Below the pieces are notes generated by a model. That model was not told where the DNA came from. It saw nothing but the letters and a program-made list of their open reading frames with translations, and did not search any database. Below, in pieces: positions 36,161 to 37,590 of a DNA stretch of 37,590 bases; the stretch's first letter is position 1, and the number at the start of each line of letters is the position of its first letter. Source of the stretch: Somniosus microcephalus (taxonomy: Eukaryota); assembly GCA_052327205.1 (NCBI GenBank), contig JBMRGM010000037.1:24800001-24837590 (forward strand), given 5' to 3'. A program made the position numbers and the translations under genes.

Positions 36161-36480
36161 ATTCCCCTTTTTTTCTGACCGCCGGACTTATTTACAAGTA
36201 GCGATATAGACAAACGAGACCAATAGTTCGGTGCTAAGAAAACCAATGTTTCATTAAAATAGAGAAACAATTACTATACAGAGAATATCACTGTGGATGC
36301 AGCACAATTACACTTAACAGGGGGAGGAGAAAAGGACACATCGAGCAAAAATGACTAAAATGACACTTTAGCAATTCTCCTTAACTCCCGCCCTTTACAC
36401 CTATCTAGATTGTCTTGTGATGGGCCACAAAGTTGATGCTCACCAGTCTAGGATGTTTTGGAGGGCATGTTGTTGTTGGA
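36161..36480 (-). mobile_element. Right piece of LTR-like element C, truncated by GA-rich repeat
   Basis: Colinear with A 18601-18965: GACCAA, ACATCGAG, CCTTAA.TCC..CCC..T.ACCT..CTAGAT...GGGCCA.AAA..ATGCTCACCA...CTAGGA. Confidence 0.6.
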
Positions 36481-36483
36481 ACA

Positions 36484-37590
36484 GAGAGAGAGAGAGCAAC
36501 TGGGGGGAAGAGGGACAGTGAATGGGGGGGGGAAGAGAGAGCGACTGGGGGGAAGAGAGAGAGCAACTGGGGGGAAGAGAGAGAGCAACTGGGGGAAGAG
36601 AGAGAGCGACTGGGGGGAAGAGAATGAGCGACTGGGGAAGAGAGAGAGCGACTGGATGGAAGATAGAGAGCGACTCGGCAAAAGAGAGAGACTGGGGGAG
36701 AGAGAAAGAGTGGGAGAGAGAGAGAGGGGGAGAGTGAGAGAGGGGGGAGAGAGAGAGGGGGAGAGAGGGAGGGCGAGAGACGGGGGGGGAGAGACGGAGG
36801 GGGATGGAGGGGGCAGAGAGAGAGAGGGGGAGGCAGGGGCAGAGAGAGAGAGGGGGAGGCAGGGGCAGAGAGAGAGGGGGAGGGAAGGGGCAGAGAGAGA
36901 GGGGGAGGGAAGGGGCAGAGAGAGAGGGGGAGGGAAGGGGCAGAGAGAGAGGGGGAGGGAGGGGGCAGAGAGAGAGGGGGAGGGAGGGGGCAGAGAGAGA
37001 GGGGGAGGGAGGGGGCAGAGAGAGAGGGGGAGGGAGGGGGCAGAGAGAGAGGGGGAGGGAGGGGGCAGAGAGAGAGGNNNNNNNNNNNNNNNNNNNNNNN
37101 NNNNNNNNNNNNNNNNNNNNNNNNNNNNNNNNNNNNNNNNNNNNNNNNNNNNNNNNNNNNNNNNNNNNNNNNNNNNNNNNNNNNNNNNNNNNNNNNNNNN
37201 NNNNNNNNNNNNNNNNNNNNNNNNNNGGGAAGGGAGGGGGCAGAGAAAGAGGGGGAGGTAGGGGGCAGGGAAAGAGGGGGAGGGAGGTGCAGAAAAAGAG
37301 GGGGAGGGAGGGGGCAGAGAAGGAGGGGGAGGGAGGGGGCAGAGAAAGAGGGGGACGGAGGGGGCAGAGAAAGAGGGGGACGGAGGGGGCAGAGAAAGAG
37401 GGGGACGGAGGGGGCAGAGAAAGAGGGGGAGGGAGGGGGCAGAGAGAGAGGGGAGAGAGAGGGGAGAGAGAGGGGAGAGAGAGGGGAGAGAGAGGGGAGA
37501 GAGAGAGGGGGGCAGGGAGGGGGAGGGAGGGGGCAGGGAGGGGGAGGGAGGGGGAGGGAGGGGAGAGAGAGAGGGGGGCAGGGAGGGGGA
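36484..37590 (+). repeat. Purine-rich low-complexity/minisatellite region
   Basis: ~21-23 bp GAGAGAGC(A/G)ACTGGGGGGAA units at about 36484-36710, then ~25-bp GGGGGAGGGAGGGGGCAGAGAGAGA units on both sides of the gap. Confidence 0.92.
37078..37226. other. Assembly gap (149 N)
   Basis: Run of N. Confidence 0.99.

Noticed and set aside
36161-36174. Polypurine tract making B the 3' LTR of a minus-strand provirus
   Set aside because: Disfavoured but not excluded: the CTTC/ATTC flanks fit a TSD and both flanks are colinear with LTR A.
36458-37261. 267-aa Glu/Arg/Gly-rich ORF
   Set aside because: Stop-free translation of a GA-rich repeat running through the N gap.

Overview
This is eukaryotic repeat-rich DNA with no intact host gene. 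A cartilaginous fish is my inference from the repeat families. Positions 1-2184 are nested LINE debris: an old CR1 ORF2 split by an antisense CR1-group LINE 3' end, then cut by a probable non-autonomous element. Positions 2185-6878 are a near-full-length but decayed Mag-type Ty3/Gypsy element (minus strand) with mismatched LTRs and no target-site duplication (TSD), joining the LINE region to a satellite array. Positions 6879-34727 are roughly 560 copies of a ~41-bp satellite (GGTCTGATCACAGACTGGGTGTTTGACTGGTCCCGGGGGTG), organised in ~2.1-3 kb higher-order duplications. The array is interrupted by a 1.55-kb solo-LTR-like element (A, plus a truncated duplicate) and a 5'-truncated second Mag-type Gypsy. 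It ends at a diverged relative of A (C), which itself carries a nested 1.35-kb solo-LTR-like element (B). GA-rich repeats and an assembly gap follow. Three points stand out. All four independent LTR-end/satellite junctions fall on the monomer's GTCTG-ATCA-CAGAC dyad. The long LTR-like elements share a splice-donor-then-poly(A) layout reminiscent of foamy-virus LTRs. The left array boundary looks like a rearrangement through a chimeric LTR. All alignments were made by eye; no database searches were run.
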